A stretch of DNA of 64,000 nucleotides, from contig JAULAX010000013.1 of the NCBI GenBank assembly GCA_032654565.1, positions 64,001-128,000 of the forward strand. Direction: 5' to 3'. The notes under the pieces are model-generated. The model was given only the letters and a program-made list of their open reading frames with translations, searched no databases and was not told the origin of the DNA. This document shows, in pieces, positions 19,301 through 30,297 of the stretch. Within the stretch, counting starts at the first letter, position 1. Every line of letters begins with the position of its first letter. The position numbers were made by a program, and so were the translations under genes. The DNA comes from Anaeromyxobacteraceae bacterium (lineage in GTDB: Bacteria > Myxococcota > Myxococcia > Myxococcales > Anaeromyxobacteraceae).

Positions 19301-20139
19301 GTCGCCGTCCGGGCCGCCAGGGCCACCGTGTTGGCCAGCAGCATGGCGATGGTCATGGGGCCGACGCCGCCCGGGACCGGGGTGATGGCGGCGGCGCGCT
19401 TGGAGGCCTCGCCGAACTCCACGTCTCCCACCAGCTTGCCGTCGGCGCCGCGGTTCATGCCCACGTCGATGACCACCGCGCCCGGCTTCAGCCAGGCCCC
19501 CTTGATGATCTCCGCCTTGCCCACGGCGGCGATGACCACGTCGGCGCGCCCCACCTCGGCCGCCAGGTCGGGGGTGCGGGAGTGGGCGATGGTGACGGTG
19601 GCGTGGCGCTCCAGCAGCATGGCCGCCTGGGGCTTGCCGACGATGTTGGAGCGGCCCACCACCACGGCGTGCTTCCCCTTGAGCTCCACCCCGGCCTCGT
19701 CGAGCAGCCGCATCACCCCGTGGGGCGTGCAGGCGCGCGGCGCCGGCTTGCCGGTCCACAGGCAGCCGACGTTGAAGGGGTGGAAGCCGTCGGCGTCCTT
19801 GTGCGGGGCGATGGCCTCGAGCACCGCCGCCTCGGCGATCTGCTTCGGCAGCGGCAGCTGGACCAGGATGCCGTGGACGGCCGGGTCGGCGTTGAGCCGC
19901 CCGATGAGGGCGAGCAGCTCGACCTGGGTGGCGCTGTCCGGCAGGTGGTGCTCGGTGGAGACGATGCCGGTCTCGGCGCAGGCCTTGATCTTGTTCCGGA
20001 CGTAGACCGCGGAGGCCGGGTCGTCGCCGACGCGCACCACGGTCAGCCCGGTGGCCACCCCCTTCAGCTTCAGGGCCGCCACCTGCTCCGCCACCTCCGC
20101 CCGGACCCGGGCGGCCACTGCCTTGCCGTCGATGATCAT
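19297..20139 (-). CDS. folD: bifunctional methylenetetrahydrofolate dehydrogenase/cyclohydrolase
   Basis: [44 protein letters not shown]. Confidence 0.97.
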   Translation of the reverse strand: MIIDGKAVAARVRAEVAEQVAALKLKGVATGLTVVRVGDDPASAVYVRNKIKACAETGIVSTEHHLPDSATQVELLALIGRLNADPAVHGILVQLPLPKQIAEAAVLEAIAPHKDADGFHPFNVGCLWTGKPAPRACTPHGVMRLLDEAGVELKGKHAVVVGRSNIVGKPQAAMLLERHATVTIAHSRTPDLAAEVGRADVVIAAVGKAEIIKGAWLKPGAVVIDVGMNRGADGKLVGDVEFGEASKRAAAITPVPGGVGPMTIAMLLANTVALAARTAT

Positions 20140-20233
20140 TGGGGGGCGGAGTATAGCCGCCTTCCGACCCGTCGGGGCGGGGGTCCTGGAGGGCCCGGCG
20201 GGCTATCATCCGGGCCTGCGAACGGAGAGCTCC

Positions 20234-20707
20234 ATGGAGAAGGACTGCAAGGTCTGCGGCACCCCGCTGGACGAGGCGAACGCGTGCGTCACCTGCGAGG
20301 CCAAGGCGGAGGGGCTCGCCCTGGTGCTCCGCAACGCCTTCCCGCAGGTGCGGGAGCTGATGGCCCTGCTCGAGGAGCAGGGGCTCTCGGCGGAGATGGA
20401 GAAGGTGCCGGGGACCACGCCCCAGGAGCGCCACCACCCGCGGTGGAACCTCTACGTGCCGGAGGCCGAGGCGGAGGCGGCCCGGGCCTTCCTGGGGCGC
20501 GACTGGGCGGCGCTGCTCGGAGACGCCGGGGCCCGCGAGGCGGCGGCGCGCGGCGCGGCCAGCCTGGATCTCGACCAGGGGGGCGAGATCGAATGCCCGG
20601 CCTGCGGTCACCGCTTCGCCGCCTCGGCGACGCAGGCCGAGTGCCCGGAGTGCGGGCTGTCGCTGGGCGCCCCGGGCGAGCCGTCCGACGAGAAGGGGCG
20701 AGGGTAG
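20234..20707 (+). CDS. zinc-ribbon domain hypothetical protein
   Basis: Four CxxC pairs (CKVC, CVTC, CPAC, CPEC) flanking a small alpha/beta core; GGAG RBS. Confidence 0.7.
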   Translation: MEKDCKVCGTPLDEANACVTCEAKAEGLALVLRNAFPQVRELMALLEEQGLSAEMEKVPGTTPQERHHPRWNLYVPEAEAEAARAFLGRDWAALLGDAGAREAAARGAASLDLDQGGEIECPACGHRFAASATQAECPECGLSLGAPGEPSDEKGRG

Positions 20708-20780
20708 CTGGCCGGGCTGGCGCCGTGTGGCCAGTCAATTCAGTTGGTTGGTTGGCCGGGTGGGAAATCGGCGGCGCCGG

Positions 20781-20806
20781 TGAATAGCCGGGCCGGGGGC
20801 CGCGTC
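20781..20806 (+). promoter_or_regulatory. putative ECF-sigma promoter
   Basis: TGAATA-N16-CGTC about 55 bp upstream of ATG 20860. Confidence 0.4.
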
Positions 20807-20859
20807 GGTCCATCAACGAACCAGGCCGCCCGAGCGGCCGCCCCCAAGGAGAACACCAC

Positions 20860-21093
20860 ATGAAGCTTGCCAAGACCCTCGCTGCCGTCGTCGCCTTCGC
20901 CTTCGTCGCCCCGGCCTTCGCCGAGGAGGCCAAGCCGGCCGCTGCCCCGGCTGCTGCTCCTGCCGCGGCTCCTGCCGCCGCTCCCGTGAAGGCCGAGAAG
21001 AAGGTCGAGAAGAAGGTCGAGAAGAAGACCGAGAAGAAGGTCGAGACCAAGACCGAGACCAAGACCGAGACCAAGGCCGAGCCGAAGAAGTAA
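20860..21093 (+). CDS. small secreted low-complexity Lys/Glu-rich protein
   Basis: AAGGAG RBS; Sec signal ending AFA; PAAA and EKK/ETK 4-residue repeats. Confidence 0.85.
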   Translation: MKLAKTLAAVVAFAFVAPAFAEEAKPAAAPAAAPAAAPAAAPVKAEKKVEKKVEKKTEKKVETKTETKTETKAEPKK

Positions 21094-21114
21094 CCAGCCT
21101 CCAGTTGCCGCTTC

Positions 21115-21161
21115 AGGCGCGCCGGGTTCCGCGAGAGCAGGGCCGGCGCGCTTCGTCTTTT
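21115..21161 (+). terminator. putative intrinsic terminator
   Basis: AGGCGCGCCGG...CCGGCGCGCTT stem followed by CGTCTTTT. Confidence 0.55.
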
Positions 21162-21179
21162 CGGGAGCCGGGGCGCGGC

Positions 21180-22799
21180 TCAGCGCCGGACCAGCAGCTC
21201 GGTCACCAGCTCCGGCGAGGCCATGGCCCGGTCGATCGAGGTGGCCAGCTCACCGGCCTGCCGGCGCGCCAGGTCGAGCAGCAGCGCCCCGGCCTCGCCC
21301 CCGGAAAGGAGCCGCGGGTCGTCGAGGCGGGCCAGCGCCGCCACCGCCGCCGGCAGCTCGCGGGCCGGGATGGGGACCGGCTCGAAGCGCCGCCCCAGCC
21401 GCTGGTTGGCCAGGGCGGTCAGGTAGAGAGCCGACAGCCGCGGCGCCTCCCCCTCGGCCTCCAGCGGAGCCAGCGCCAGGTCGCGCGCCAGCGCCGCCAG
21501 CCCGTCGCAGAGGTCGAGCGCGGCGGCGGTCCGGGTCAGGTCGAGCGAGGAGAGGAAGCGGCGCGGCTCCATGGCGGCGACCGACGGGGTCCCCCACTCC
21601 TCGCGGGGCCGCTCGATCCCGGGGTGGAAGCGGGGCCGGCGCGAGGCCAGCGCCTCCAGCAGCTCGCCGAGCGGCGCGTCGAGCAGCGGCGTCCCTCGCC
21701 GGCCCGCCCCGCCGCCCCGGTGGAGCCGGTCGGCCCGCCAGGACAGCTGCAGCACCCGCCCGAAGCCCTCCTGGAAGAGCCGCTTCACCGGGGTGGCGGC
21801 CAGCACCTCGGCGGCCCGGGCCTCGTCGTCCCCCGCCAGCCGCTCCAGCCCCAGCTCCACCATGGCCCGGGCCCCGGCCACCGCGGCCCGGACCTGGTCG
21901 AGATCGACCGGGTCGATGCCGTCGGCCACCAGCACGGCGTTGCCGGCGGTGATGAGCTGCGGGTCGAGCCCCTCGCGGTCGGCCGGGTCGAGCAGCTGCG
22001 CGGCGCGGGCCAGCAGCGAGCGGCCGGCGAGCGGCGCCAGGAAGAAGCCGGGGGACCGGCTGGGCTGCCCGGGGGCCTCGGCGGGGCGGGCCGGCGGCCG
22101 CGCGTACCAGGAGAGGGCCTCCTCCAGCGACGGGTAGCCGAGGTCGGCGAGCCGCCCCTGGCGCCAGCGCAGCGCCGACTCCTCCAGCTCGCTGGGGAGC
22201 TCCCAGGCCAGCGCCCCCAGCAGCCGGGAGGACTTGAACGGGTCCTCGGCCTCGAGGTCGTCGAGCAGGCCGCGGATGGCCACGAACTCGGTCCCCTCGA
22301 CCACGAACTCGATCAGGTAGGCGCCGTCGGAGGTCTTCCAGGCCTGGTCGCTGACCACCTCGGGATCGTCGTTGACGCGCAGGTCGTGGACGCGGACGGC
22401 GTCGCGCAACACCAGGAAGATCAGCTCCTGGTCGAGCGCCGCCATCTTGCGGGCCAGCCGGGTGGCCAGCCGGGTGTCCTGCGGGGCGCCGGAGCGGGCG
22501 GCGCGCAGCCAGGGGAGGACGCGCCGCGGCTCGAGCTGGCCGTGGCGCCAGGCGTCGAGGTCGAGGAAGACGCGGAACTGCTCGGCCGAGGCCAGCTGCA
22601 CCAGCTCGATCGAGTCGGCCAGGCCGATCTCGCGGATGGTGAAGTAGAGCTCGTCGGCGGGGAGGGCCCGGACCAGCGCCCCGGGGTTGGGCGCGTCGAG
22701 GATGAGGTCGAGCCTCCGGCTGCCGCTGGCCGCGCCCAGCTGGACGCGGATGGTCGCCAGCTGCGCCGGCGTCAGGGGCTGCTCGGGCTGCTTCGCCAT
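21180..22799 (-). CDS. DUF6178-like conserved protein
   Basis: LVRALPADELYFTIREIGLADS..LDLDAW and ELEESALRWRQGRLADLG pattern. Confidence 0.75.
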   Translation of the reverse strand: MAKQPEQPLTPAQLATIRVQLGAASGSRRLDLILDAPNPGALVRALPADELYFTIREIGLADSIELVQLASAEQFRVFLDLDAWRHGQLEPRRVLPWLRAARSGAPQDTRLATRLARKMAALDQELIFLVLRDAVRVHDLRVNDDPEVVSDQAWKTSDGAYLIEFVVEGTEFVAIRGLLDDLEAEDPFKSSRLLGALAWELPSELEESALRWRQGRLADLGYPSLEEALSWYARPPARPAEAPGQPSRSPGFFLAPLAGRSLLARAAQLLDPADREGLDPQLITAGNAVLVADGIDPVDLDQVRAAVAGARAMVELGLERLAGDDEARAAEVLAATPVKRLFQEGFGRVLQLSWRADRLHRGGGAGRRGTPLLDAPLGELLEALASRRPRFHPGIERPREEWGTPSVAAMEPRRFLSSLDLTRTAAALDLCDGLAALARDLALAPLEAEGEAPRLSALYLTALANQRLGRRFEPVPIPARELPAAVAALARLDDPRLLSGGEAGALLLDLARRQAGELATSIDRAMASPELVTELLVRR

Positions 22800-22824
22800 G
22801 GGGAGGGGCGCCAGGCCCCCGGCG

Positions 22825-23043
22825 CTATGCCGAGGCGGCGGTGATGGTGCGACGGCCCGCCTTCTGGACCTTGTTGGCCTTCAGGCAGCGGGTGCAGACG
22901 CGGACGTGCTTGACCTCGCCGGCGTCGTTGATGCGGACGGAGCGCAGGTTGGGGAGCGACCGGGTCTTGGACTTGTTGTTGGCGTGGGAGACGGTGTTGC
23001 CGACGAGCGGCCCCTTCCCACAAACTTCGCAGCGGCGTGCCAT
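22825..23043 (-). CDS. rpmB: 50S ribosomal protein L28
   Basis: [34 protein letters not shown]. Confidence 0.97.
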   Translation of the reverse strand: MARRCEVCGKGPLVGNTVSHANNKSKTRSLPNLRSVRINDAGEVKHVRVCTRCLKANKVQKAGRRTITAASA

Positions 23044-23135
23044 GTCTGATTCTCCGAAAACCGAAAGAGCGCGGCATATTACGGATCCGCGCCTGAAATG
23101 CAAGGGGGGCGCCGAGAAAGGCCGCCGCGGGGGGG

Positions 23136-24623
23136 TCAGCGGGGCTTTCCCTTCAGCCCCAGGTGGGCCGCGGCGTGGGCCGCCGCCTGGAGCCCGGCGA
23201 ACAGCTCGCCCTCCAGCCCGAGCCCCGGCAGCACCTCGCCGTTGGCCAGGAAGGTGTTCCGCCAGGGCGACCGGACCGGCAGCCCGCCCGCTCCCAGCGG
23301 CGAGGCGGCCTCGAAGCCGAGCTGGTGCGGGACCGGCGGCGGCTCGGCGCGGTGGACCAGGTGGCGCTCGCCGAAGGGGAAGGCGCCGTCGAGGGCACGC
23401 CGCAGCCGGGCGCGGCTCGACGCCTCGTCGCCGCCCGGCGGGAGGAGCGTGAAGGCCGAGGCGGTGAAGTGGCCCGGGGCGGCCTCCGCCGGCGCCCCGC
23501 GGCGGGTCTCGCGGCGGGCCGGTGAGAGCTCGAGGAGCACGGCGTCGCCCGGCGTCCCTCCCTCCTCGAGGAGCAGGGCGGCGTCCCCCAGCCCGGGCGG
23601 GCGGGCCGCGGCGCGGAGCAGCAGGTGGCAGGCGGCGAGCCGGGGGCCGGGCCGGACCGCCAGGAGCGTCTTCGCCGCCCGGCCGCCCCGCCCCTCGGCG
23701 GGGAGCAGCTCGGCGAGGCGGGCCAGCGGGCAGGCGACGACGAAGGCCCGGGCCAGCCGGGTGTCGGAGGTGCCGGCGACGCGGATCATCGCGAGCCGCC
23801 CCCCCTCCAGGCCGATCGACTCGATGCGCGCCGGCTCGGCGGCCGAGCCCAGCACCTCGCCGCGGGTCTCGGCGATGCGGCGGCGGAGCCCGTCGTCGAT
23901 CCCGGCGGCCGTGGCCACGGGGCGGTGGAGCCCCCCGAGCGCCACCCCGGCCAGCCGCCCGAGGACGAAGGCGGAGGGAGGCCCGGCCAGGCGGCCGAGG
24001 AAGCCGGCCAGGGCGGTGAGCGCGGTGGCCAGCGGGGCGTCCCCCAGCGCCGCCAGGGGGGAGGGGCCGGTGAGCAGCGCCCGGTCGAGCCCGGTCTCGG
24101 CGGCGGCGCGCCGGACGGCGCGGTCGAGCGACCAGCGATCGAGCAGGCCGGCGGGGGGGAGCGGCGGCGCCCCCTTGAGCAGCGCCCCGCCCAGCTCGGC
24201 CGAGGCGGCCAGCCGGGCCAGGCCGGCGGCCAGCGCCGCGGCCTCGGCGGGCCACTCGCGCTGGAGCTCGCGCCCCAGCCTGGCAGGGTCGGGGGCCAGC
24301 GCCAGCCGCTGGCGCGGCAGCAGCACCTGCAGCGGCGGGTCGAGCGGCTCGAGCGAGCGGGTGGCGTCGGTGGCCAGCCCCAGGTCGGTGAGCAGCGCCT
24401 CGGCGGCGGGGAGCGCGCGCAGGGAGGGGCGGAGGGTCGGCCCGACCGGGAAGAGCCAGCCGCCGTCGGCGCGCGAGAGGCTGGCGCCCCCCTCGTCGAG
24501 GAGCAGGACCCGGAAGCCCCGCCGCGAGAGCAGGGCGCCGGCCGCCGCGCCGCCCACGCCGCCGCCGACGACGCAGACGTCGTAGACCCGCTGGGTGGCC
24601 GGGGGCCTGATGGGGGTGGCCAT
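23136..24623 (-). CDS. FAD-dependent oxidoreductase (phytoene dehydrogenase-like)
   Basis: N-terminal [12 protein letters not shown] dinucleotide-binding motif; C-terminal [14 protein letters not shown]. Confidence 0.75.
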   Translation of the reverse strand: MATPIRPPATQRVYDVCVVGGGVGGAAAGALLSRRGFRVLLLDEGGASLSRADGGWLFPVGPTLRPSLRALPAAEALLTDLGLATDATRSLEPLDPPLQVLLPRQRLALAPDPARLGRELQREWPAEAAALAAGLARLAASAELGGALLKGAPPLPPAGLLDRWSLDRAVRRAAAETGLDRALLTGPSPLAALGDAPLATALTALAGFLGRLAGPPSAFVLGRLAGVALGGLHRPVATAAGIDDGLRRRIAETRGEVLGSAAEPARIESIGLEGGRLAMIRVAGTSDTRLARAFVVACPLARLAELLPAEGRGGRAAKTLLAVRPGPRLAACHLLLRAAARPPGLGDAALLLEEGGTPGDAVLLELSPARRETRRGAPAEAAPGHFTASAFTLLPPGGDEASSRARLRRALDGAFPFGERHLVHRAEPPPVPHQLGFEAASPLGAGGLPVRSPWRNTFLANGEVLPGLGLEGELFAGLQAAAHAAAHLGLKGKPR

Positions 24624-25300
24624 CAGGCCAGCTCGGTGGACGGTGAGCGGAGCCGCTCGGCCGGGGCGGCGCCGCCGTCGAGCCGGACCCGGCGCCCCTG
24701 GAGCGAGAGCCGCCGCTCGGCGATCCACTGGATGGCCTGCGGGTAGAGCCGGTGCTCCTGCTCGAGGATGCGCGCCGCCAGCGTCGCCTCGGTGTCGCCG
24801 TCGAGCACCGGCACCGCGGCCTGGGCGATGACCGGGCCGGTGTCGGTCCCCTCGTCGACGAAGTGGACGGTGCAGCCGGCCACCTTGACGCCGGCCTCCA
24901 GCGCCTGCCGCGGCCCGTGCAGGCCGGGGAAGGCGGGGAGCAGGGCCGGGTGGATGTTCACCACCCGTGGACAGAGGCGCGAGGCCTCGGTGGGGCCGAA
25001 GGCGCGCAGGAAGGCGGGCGTGACCAGCCGCATGTAGCCGGCCAGGCAGACCAGGTCGACCCCGGCCTGCTCCAGCCGGGCCACCACCGCGGCGTCGTAG
25101 CCGGCGCGGTCGGCCACCCCCTTCGACGGCAGGCAGGCGGTGGTCACCCCGGCGCGCGCGGCCCGGTCGAGGGCGCCGGCGCCGGGGACGTTGGAGACCA
25201 CCAGGGCCACGGCGGCGTCGATGCGCCGGGCGGCGCAGGCGTCCAGCAGGGCCTGGAGGTTGGTCCCCCCGCCCGAGGCCAGGACGCCCAGCCGGATCAC
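24623..25300 (-). CDS. purN: phosphoribosylglycinamide formyltransferase
   Basis: [44 protein letters not shown]. Confidence 0.97.
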   Translation of the reverse strand: MIRLGVLASGGGTNLQALLDACAARRIDAAVALVVSNVPGAGALDRAARAGVTTACLPSKGVADRAGYDAAVVARLEQAGVDLVCLAGYMRLVTPAFLRAFGPTEASRLCPRVVNIHPALLPAFPGLHGPRQALEAGVKVAGCTVHFVDEGTDTGPVIAQAAVPVLDGDTEATLAARILEQEHRLYPQAIQWIAERRLSLQGRRVRLDGGAAPAERLRSPSTELA

Positions 25301-26331
25301 CGGACCACCTCGCAGGTGGCCTCGCCGGCGCCCTTCTCGATGGCGCCCACGGTCCAGCTCTCCAGGCCGCGGCCGCGCAGCACCTCGTGGACCACCGCCT
25401 CGTCGGGGGGAGCGACCACGATGGTGAGCCCCAGCCCCATGTTGAAGGTCCGGAACATCTCGTCGTGCGGGACGTTCCCCTCGCGCTCGATGAGCTCGAA
25501 GATGGGCGGCCGCGACCAGCGCCGCTCGTCGAGCACGGCGCGGGTGCCGTCGGGGAGGTTGCGCGGCATGTTGCCGGGCAGGCCGCCGCCGGTGATGTGG
25601 CCGAAGGACTTGACCTGGACCCGCTCCAGCAGGGCCAGGACGTCCTTCGAGTAGATGCGCGTCGGCTCCAGCAGGAGGTCGGCCAGGGTCCGGCCGCCGC
25701 AGGTCTCCGGCCGCCAGTCGAGCGGGTGCTTCTCCAGCAGCGCCTTGCGGGCCAGCGAGTAGCCGTTGGAGTGGAGCCCCGAGGAGGCCACGCCGAGGAC
25801 CAGGTCGCCGGGGACCACCCGGGTGCCGTCGATGATGCGGGGGCGGTCGACGCAGCCGACCGCGAAGCCGGCCAGGTCGTACTCGCCGCGCTCGTAGAAG
25901 CCGGGGAGCTCGGCGGTCTCGCCGCCGATCAGCGCGCAGCCGGCCTGCAGGCAGCCGGCGGCGATCCCCTTGACCACCTCGGCCCCCTGCTCGGCGGAGA
26001 GCTTGCCGGTGGCGTAGTAGTCGAGGAAGAAGAGCGGCTCGGCGCCGACCACGGCGATGTCGTTGACGCACATGGCGACCAGGTCGATGCCCACGGTGGC
26101 GTGCCGGTTGGCGGCGAAGGCGACCTTGAGCTTGGTGCCGACGCCGTCGGTGCCGGAGACCAGCACCGGCTGCTTGTACTTCGACACGTCGAGGGCGAAG
26201 AGGCCGCCGAAGCCGCCGATGCCGGCCAGCACCTCCGGCCGCATGGTGGGCCGGGCGTGGGGCTTGATCAGCTCGACGAGCCGGTCGCCCTCGTCGATGT
26301 CGACGCCAGCGTCGCGGTAGGTGAGGGACAT
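25297..26331 (-). CDS. purM: phosphoribosylformylglycinamidine cyclo-ligase
   Basis: [41 protein letters not shown]. Confidence 0.97.
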   Translation of the reverse strand: MSLTYRDAGVDIDEGDRLVELIKPHARPTMRPEVLAGIGGFGGLFALDVSKYKQPVLVSGTDGVGTKLKVAFAANRHATVGIDLVAMCVNDIAVVGAEPLFFLDYYATGKLSAEQGAEVVKGIAAGCLQAGCALIGGETAELPGFYERGEYDLAGFAVGCVDRPRIIDGTRVVPGDLVLGVASSGLHSNGYSLARKALLEKHPLDWRPETCGGRTLADLLLEPTRIYSKDVLALLERVQVKSFGHITGGGLPGNMPRNLPDGTRAVLDERRWSRPPIFELIEREGNVPHDEMFRTFNMGLGLTIVVAPPDEAVVHEVLRGRGLESWTVGAIEKGAGEATCEVVR

Positions 26332-26445
26332 GCGCCCCCTGTACCGCGGGCGGGGCCGGGGCCGCAAGGCGTTCCCGGGAGGCCGCCGCCTCCGGCGGAC
26401 GCTTCGTTGGCGCGGCGCGCCTGTCTGCTACCATGGGCGAACCCG

Positions 26446-28794
26446 ATGGCCGCCCCCCGCCGCGCCCTGTTCCGCATCGACGCCTTCCGGCTGGCGCTCT
26501 ACGTCGGGCTGGTGCTGACCGGCCTCCACCTCCTCGACGTCCTCTGGGCGCGCAAGGGCTCGCAGCTCCCGGTGATCTCGCGCATCGAGTACGCCGCCCA
26601 GGACTACGCCCTGACCACGCTGCGAGGCCCGCGGGCCCCCTCCGGCGACGTGCTCATCGTGGCCATCGACGAGCGCTCCATCGAGGCGCTGGGGATCTGG
26701 CCCTGGAGCCGGGCCCAGATGGCCCGGCTGGTCGAGGCCCTGGCCGCGGCGGGCGTCCAGGCGGCCGGCTTCGACATGATCTGGAGCGACGCCGACGTCC
26801 AGGGGGCGCGCGCCGCCGAGGTGGCGCGGCGGATCAAGGCGGCCCGGGCCCTGGCCACCGGCGAGGAGGCGGCCCGCCTCGACGGGATCTGGGGGGCGGC
26901 GCGCTGGAGCGACCTCTCCATCCCGCCCGACGCCGACCCCACCGGCCTGCTCGCCGACGCCATCGAGAGCGCCCACAACGTCACCATCGGCTTCATGTTC
27001 CGCAGCGACGTGACCAGCCCGGCCGCCGCCCAGGAGGCGGTGAAGCGGCTCCGCTTCTTCCAGACCGAGCCGGTGCACGTCATCGACGACCAGCAGCGCA
27101 TCGTCGCCGACCCGGCCGGGGGGCAGCGGACGGCCGGCCGGTCCTTCCCCGGGGTGCTGACGCCGGTGGACGAGCTGATCAAGGTCTCCAACAGCGGCGG
27201 CTACTTCACCGTGCTCCCCGACGCCGACGGCGTCTTCCGCCGCTACCACCTGGTGGCCAGCACCGGAGGCGTCACCTTCCCCTCGCTGGGGCTGGCGCTG
27301 CTGGCCCGGGTCAAGGGGCGGGGCGGGGTCCCGGCCCCCATCTTCCCGGTGGGCGTGGCCGGCTCCAGCGTGCTGGTGGGGGCGCGCCTCGGCGACCTGG
27401 AGATCCCCACCGACGACTTCGGGCGGGCGCCGCTCTCCTACTACGGCCACTTCCGCGACTTCCCCTCGGTCTCGGCGGTCGACGTGCTCACCGGCAAGGT
27501 GGGGCCGGAGCGGCTGCGCGGCAAGCTGGTGGTGGTGGGCGCCACCGCCCCGGGGACCTGGGACCAGCGGGTGACCCCGTTCGACGACAACGCCCCCGGC
27601 GTCATCACCCACGCCACCTTCGTGGAGAACGTGCTGCACGGCGAGCTGCTGGAGCGGTCGCAGCGGGTGGTGGCGGGCGAGGTGCTGGCCATGGCGCTGG
27701 CCTCGGTGGGGCTGGCCTGGCTCTTCTCCCGGGTCGGCCCGGTGGCGGCGGCCCCGGCGCTGCTGGCGGTCACCGCGCTCTGGGGGGCGGTCTCGGTGCT
27801 GGCGCTGCGGCGCTTCAACCTGGTGCTGGCCACCGGCCTGCCGCTGCTGCAGGTGCTCAGCATGTTCCTCACCGCCACCACCTACCGCTTCTTCTCCGAG
27901 GAGCGGGCCAAGCGCAAGGCGCGCGACTCCTTCTCCCGCTTCCTGGCGCCGGCCATCGTCGACGAGGTGCTGGGGCGCGAGGGCTCGCTGCAGCTGGGCG
28001 GGGAGAAGCGTGAGCTGACCGCGCTCTTCGCCGACATCCGCGGCTTCACCACCATCTCCGAGCGGCTCGACCCGCACCGGCTGCTGGAGCTGCTCAACCA
28101 GTACCTGACCCCCATGACCGACGTCATCGTCTCCCGCCACCAGGGGACGCTCGACAAGTACATGGGCGACGCCATCATGGCCTTCTGGGGGGCGCCCAAG
28201 GCGCAGCCGGACCACGCGCTGCGGGCCTGCCAGGCGGCGCTGGAGATGCTGCGCGAGCTGGAGCGGCTGCGGCGGGGCTGGGCCGCCGACGGGCTGCCGG
28301 ACATCGACATCGGCATCGGCCTCAACACCGGCCCCATGTCGGTGGGCTTCGTCGGCAGCCAGGACCGCTTCTACAACTACACCATCCTCGGCGACGCGGT
28401 GAACCTGGCCTCGCGGCTGGAGGGGGCCAACAAGCAGTACGGCACCCGCATCATCATCGGGCAGGAGACCTGGGCCCAGGTGCAGGGGAGGGTGGTGGCG
28501 CGGCCGCTCGACCTGCTGCGGGTCAAGGGCAAGCTGGAGCCGGTCCGCATCTACGAGCTGATGGGGATGGGGCCGGCCTCGGCGGCCGACGCCGCCTTCC
28601 TCGAGGCCTTCGCCTGGGGGTACGGGGCCTGGCGGGCCCAGCGCTGGGACGAGGCCATCGCCCGCTTCGAGGACGCCGACCGGCTCCGCGGCGGCGACGA
28701 GTGCTCGCGGGTGTACATCACCCGCTGCGAGCGGATGCGCCTCGAGCCGCCCGGCCCCGACTGGGACGGCGCCTTCACCATGGAGACCAAGTGA
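26446..28794 (+). CDS. CHASE2-domain class III adenylate cyclase
   Basis: IVAIDERS..WPWSR (CHASE2); three TMs; FADIRGFT, DKYMGDAIMAFWGAP, YTILGDAVNLASRLEG. Confidence 0.93.
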   Translation: MAAPRRALFRIDAFRLALYVGLVLTGLHLLDVLWARKGSQLPVISRIEYAAQDYALTTLRGPRAPSGDVLIVAIDERSIEALGIWPWSRAQMARLVEALAAAGVQAAGFDMIWSDADVQGARAAEVARRIKAARALATGEEAARLDGIWGAARWSDLSIPPDADPTGLLADAIESAHNVTIGFMFRSDVTSPAAAQEAVKRLRFFQTEPVHVIDDQQRIVADPAGGQRTAGRSFPGVLTPVDELIKVSNSGGYFTVLPDADGVFRRYHLVASTGGVTFPSLGLALLARVKGRGGVPAPIFPVGVAGSSVLVGARLGDLEIPTDDFGRAPLSYYGHFRDFPSVSAVDVLTGKVGPERLRGKLVVVGATAPGTWDQRVTPFDDNAPGVITHATFVENVLHGELLERSQRVVAGEVLAMALASVGLAWLFSRVGPVAAAPALLAVTALWGAVSVLALRRFNLVLATGLPLLQVLSMFLTATTYRFFSEERAKRKARDSFSRFLAPAIVDEVLGREGSLQLGGEKRELTALFADIRGFTTISERLDPHRLLELLNQYLTPMTDVIVSRHQGTLDKYMGDAIMAFWGAPKAQPDHALRACQAALEMLRELERLRRGWAADGLPDIDIGIGLNTGPMSVGFVGSQDRFYNYTILGDAVNLASRLEGANKQYGTRIIIGQETWAQVQGRVVARPLDLLRVKGKLEPVRIYELMGMGPASAADAAFLEAFAWGYGAWRAQRWDEAIARFEDADRLRGGDECSRVYITRCERMRLEPPGPDWDGAFTMETK

Positions 28795-28888
28795 ACGTGG
28801 CGCCGCCCAAGGGTGCGCGGCGCCTGGACCATTCTTTGACGGCCCGTTCGGCGTCGGCTAAGTGACCAGCGAGGATCTCCGCCCCCGA

Positions 28889-29536
28889 ATGTCCGACGAC
28901 CCCCTCTTCCAGCGCTTCGGCCGGGAATTCCCCCGGGGGACCGTCCTCTTCCACGAGGGGGACCCGGGCCGGGAGATGTTCGTCATCAACGCCGGCAGCG
29001 TCACCATCACCAAGCGGGTCGGCGAGGTGGAGAAGATCCTCTCCCGGCTCGGCGTCGGCGAGTTCCTCGGCGAGATGGCCATCCTCAACAACAAGCCGCG
29101 CAGCGCCACCGCGGTCTGCGCCGAGGACTGCCGGCTGCTGGTCATCGACGCCAAGACCTTCGAGACCATGATCCGCTCCAACGCCGAGATCGCGGTCCGG
29201 CTCATCAAGAAGCTCTCCGACCGGCTGGCCGAGGCCAACGAGCAGATCGAGAACCTGCTGCTCACCGACGCCGCCTCGCGGGTGGTGCACTGGCTGTCGG
29301 TGACCGCCGAGCGCGGCACCCGGACCGCGGCCGGCATGAAGATCGACATGGCGCCCCGCGACCTGGCGGCCCGCGTCGGGGTCAAGCCCGACCAGGCCGA
29401 CGAGGCGCTCATGAAGCTGCTCAAGGCCAAGATCATCTCGGTCCACCCCGACGGCTTCGTGGTGCCCGACACCGACAAGCTCCGCCACTTCCTGGAGTTC
29501 CTCCAGATGAAGGCCCAGTTCGGGGAGGCCGGGTGA
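28889..29536 (+). CDS. Crp/Fnr-family cNMP-binding transcriptional regulator
   Basis: LFHEGDPG, GEFLGEMAIL..PRSATA cNMP pocket; C-terminal HTH-like DLAARVG. Confidence 0.9.
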   Translation: MSDDPLFQRFGREFPRGTVLFHEGDPGREMFVINAGSVTITKRVGEVEKILSRLGVGEFLGEMAILNNKPRSATAVCAEDCRLLVIDAKTFETMIRSNAEIAVRLIKKLSDRLAEANEQIENLLLTDAASRVVHWLSVTAERGTRTAAGMKIDMAPRDLAARVGVKPDQADEALMKLLKAKIISVHPDGFVVPDTDKLRHFLEFLQMKAQFGEAG

Positions 29537-30297
29537 AGTTCCGCGTCCTCGGCTGCTCGGGGGGCGAGCTCCCCCACCACCGGACCACCTGCTTCCTGGT
29601 GGACGGGCGGCTGGCCATCGACGCCGGGGCGCTGACCTCCTCGCTGACGCTGTCCCGCCTGCTCAAGGTCGACGACGTGGTGCTGACCCACAGCCACTTC
29701 GACCACATCAAGGACGTGCCGCTGCTGGCCGACCTGCTGGTGGGGCGGCGCACCACGCCGGTGCGGGTCCACGCCTCCACCGAGTGCGCCGAGACGCTGC
29801 GCCAGAGCATCTTCAACGGGAAGCTCTGGCCCGACTTCACCCGCATCCCCTCGGCGCGGGCGCCGGTGCTGGAGCTGCGCTCCTTCACCACCGGGCAGGC
29901 CTTCCAGGCCGGCGCGCTGCGCTTCCAGCCGGTGCCGGTCCGCCACCCGGTCGAGTCGGTGGGGTTCGTGGTCTCCAACGGCCGGACCTCGTTCGCCATC
30001 TCCGGCGACACCGGGCCGACCACCGGGTTCTGGAGGCTGGTCAACGCCACCAGCGGCCTCAAGGCGGTGCTGGTCGAGCTCTCCTTCCCCAACGAGCTGC
30101 AGCGGCTGGCCGACCTCTCCGGTCACCTGACGCCGCAGACGCTGGCCCGGGAGCTGGCCAAGCTGAAGGATGCCAGCCTCCCCATCCTGCTCTACCACCT
30201 GAAGCCGGGCTACGTGCCCAAGCTGCGCCGCGAGGTGGCCGCGCTCGGCCTCCCGCAGGTGCGCATCCTCAAGGTCGGCGACACCTTCACCTTCTGA
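29533..30297 (+). CDS. MBL-fold 3',5'-cyclic nucleotide phosphodiesterase (class II-like)
   Basis: LGCSGG, THSHFDH, SGDTGPT, ELSFPN, GHLTP, YHLKP; overlaps the Crp gene stop. Confidence 0.85.
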   Translation: MKFRVLGCSGGELPHHRTTCFLVDGRLAIDAGALTSSLTLSRLLKVDDVVLTHSHFDHIKDVPLLADLLVGRRTTPVRVHASTECAETLRQSIFNGKLWPDFTRIPSARAPVLELRSFTTGQAFQAGALRFQPVPVRHPVESVGFVVSNGRTSFAISGDTGPTTGFWRLVNATSGLKAVLVELSFPNELQRLADLSGHLTPQTLARELAKLKDASLPILLYHLKPGYVPKLRREVAALGLPQVRILKVGDTFTF

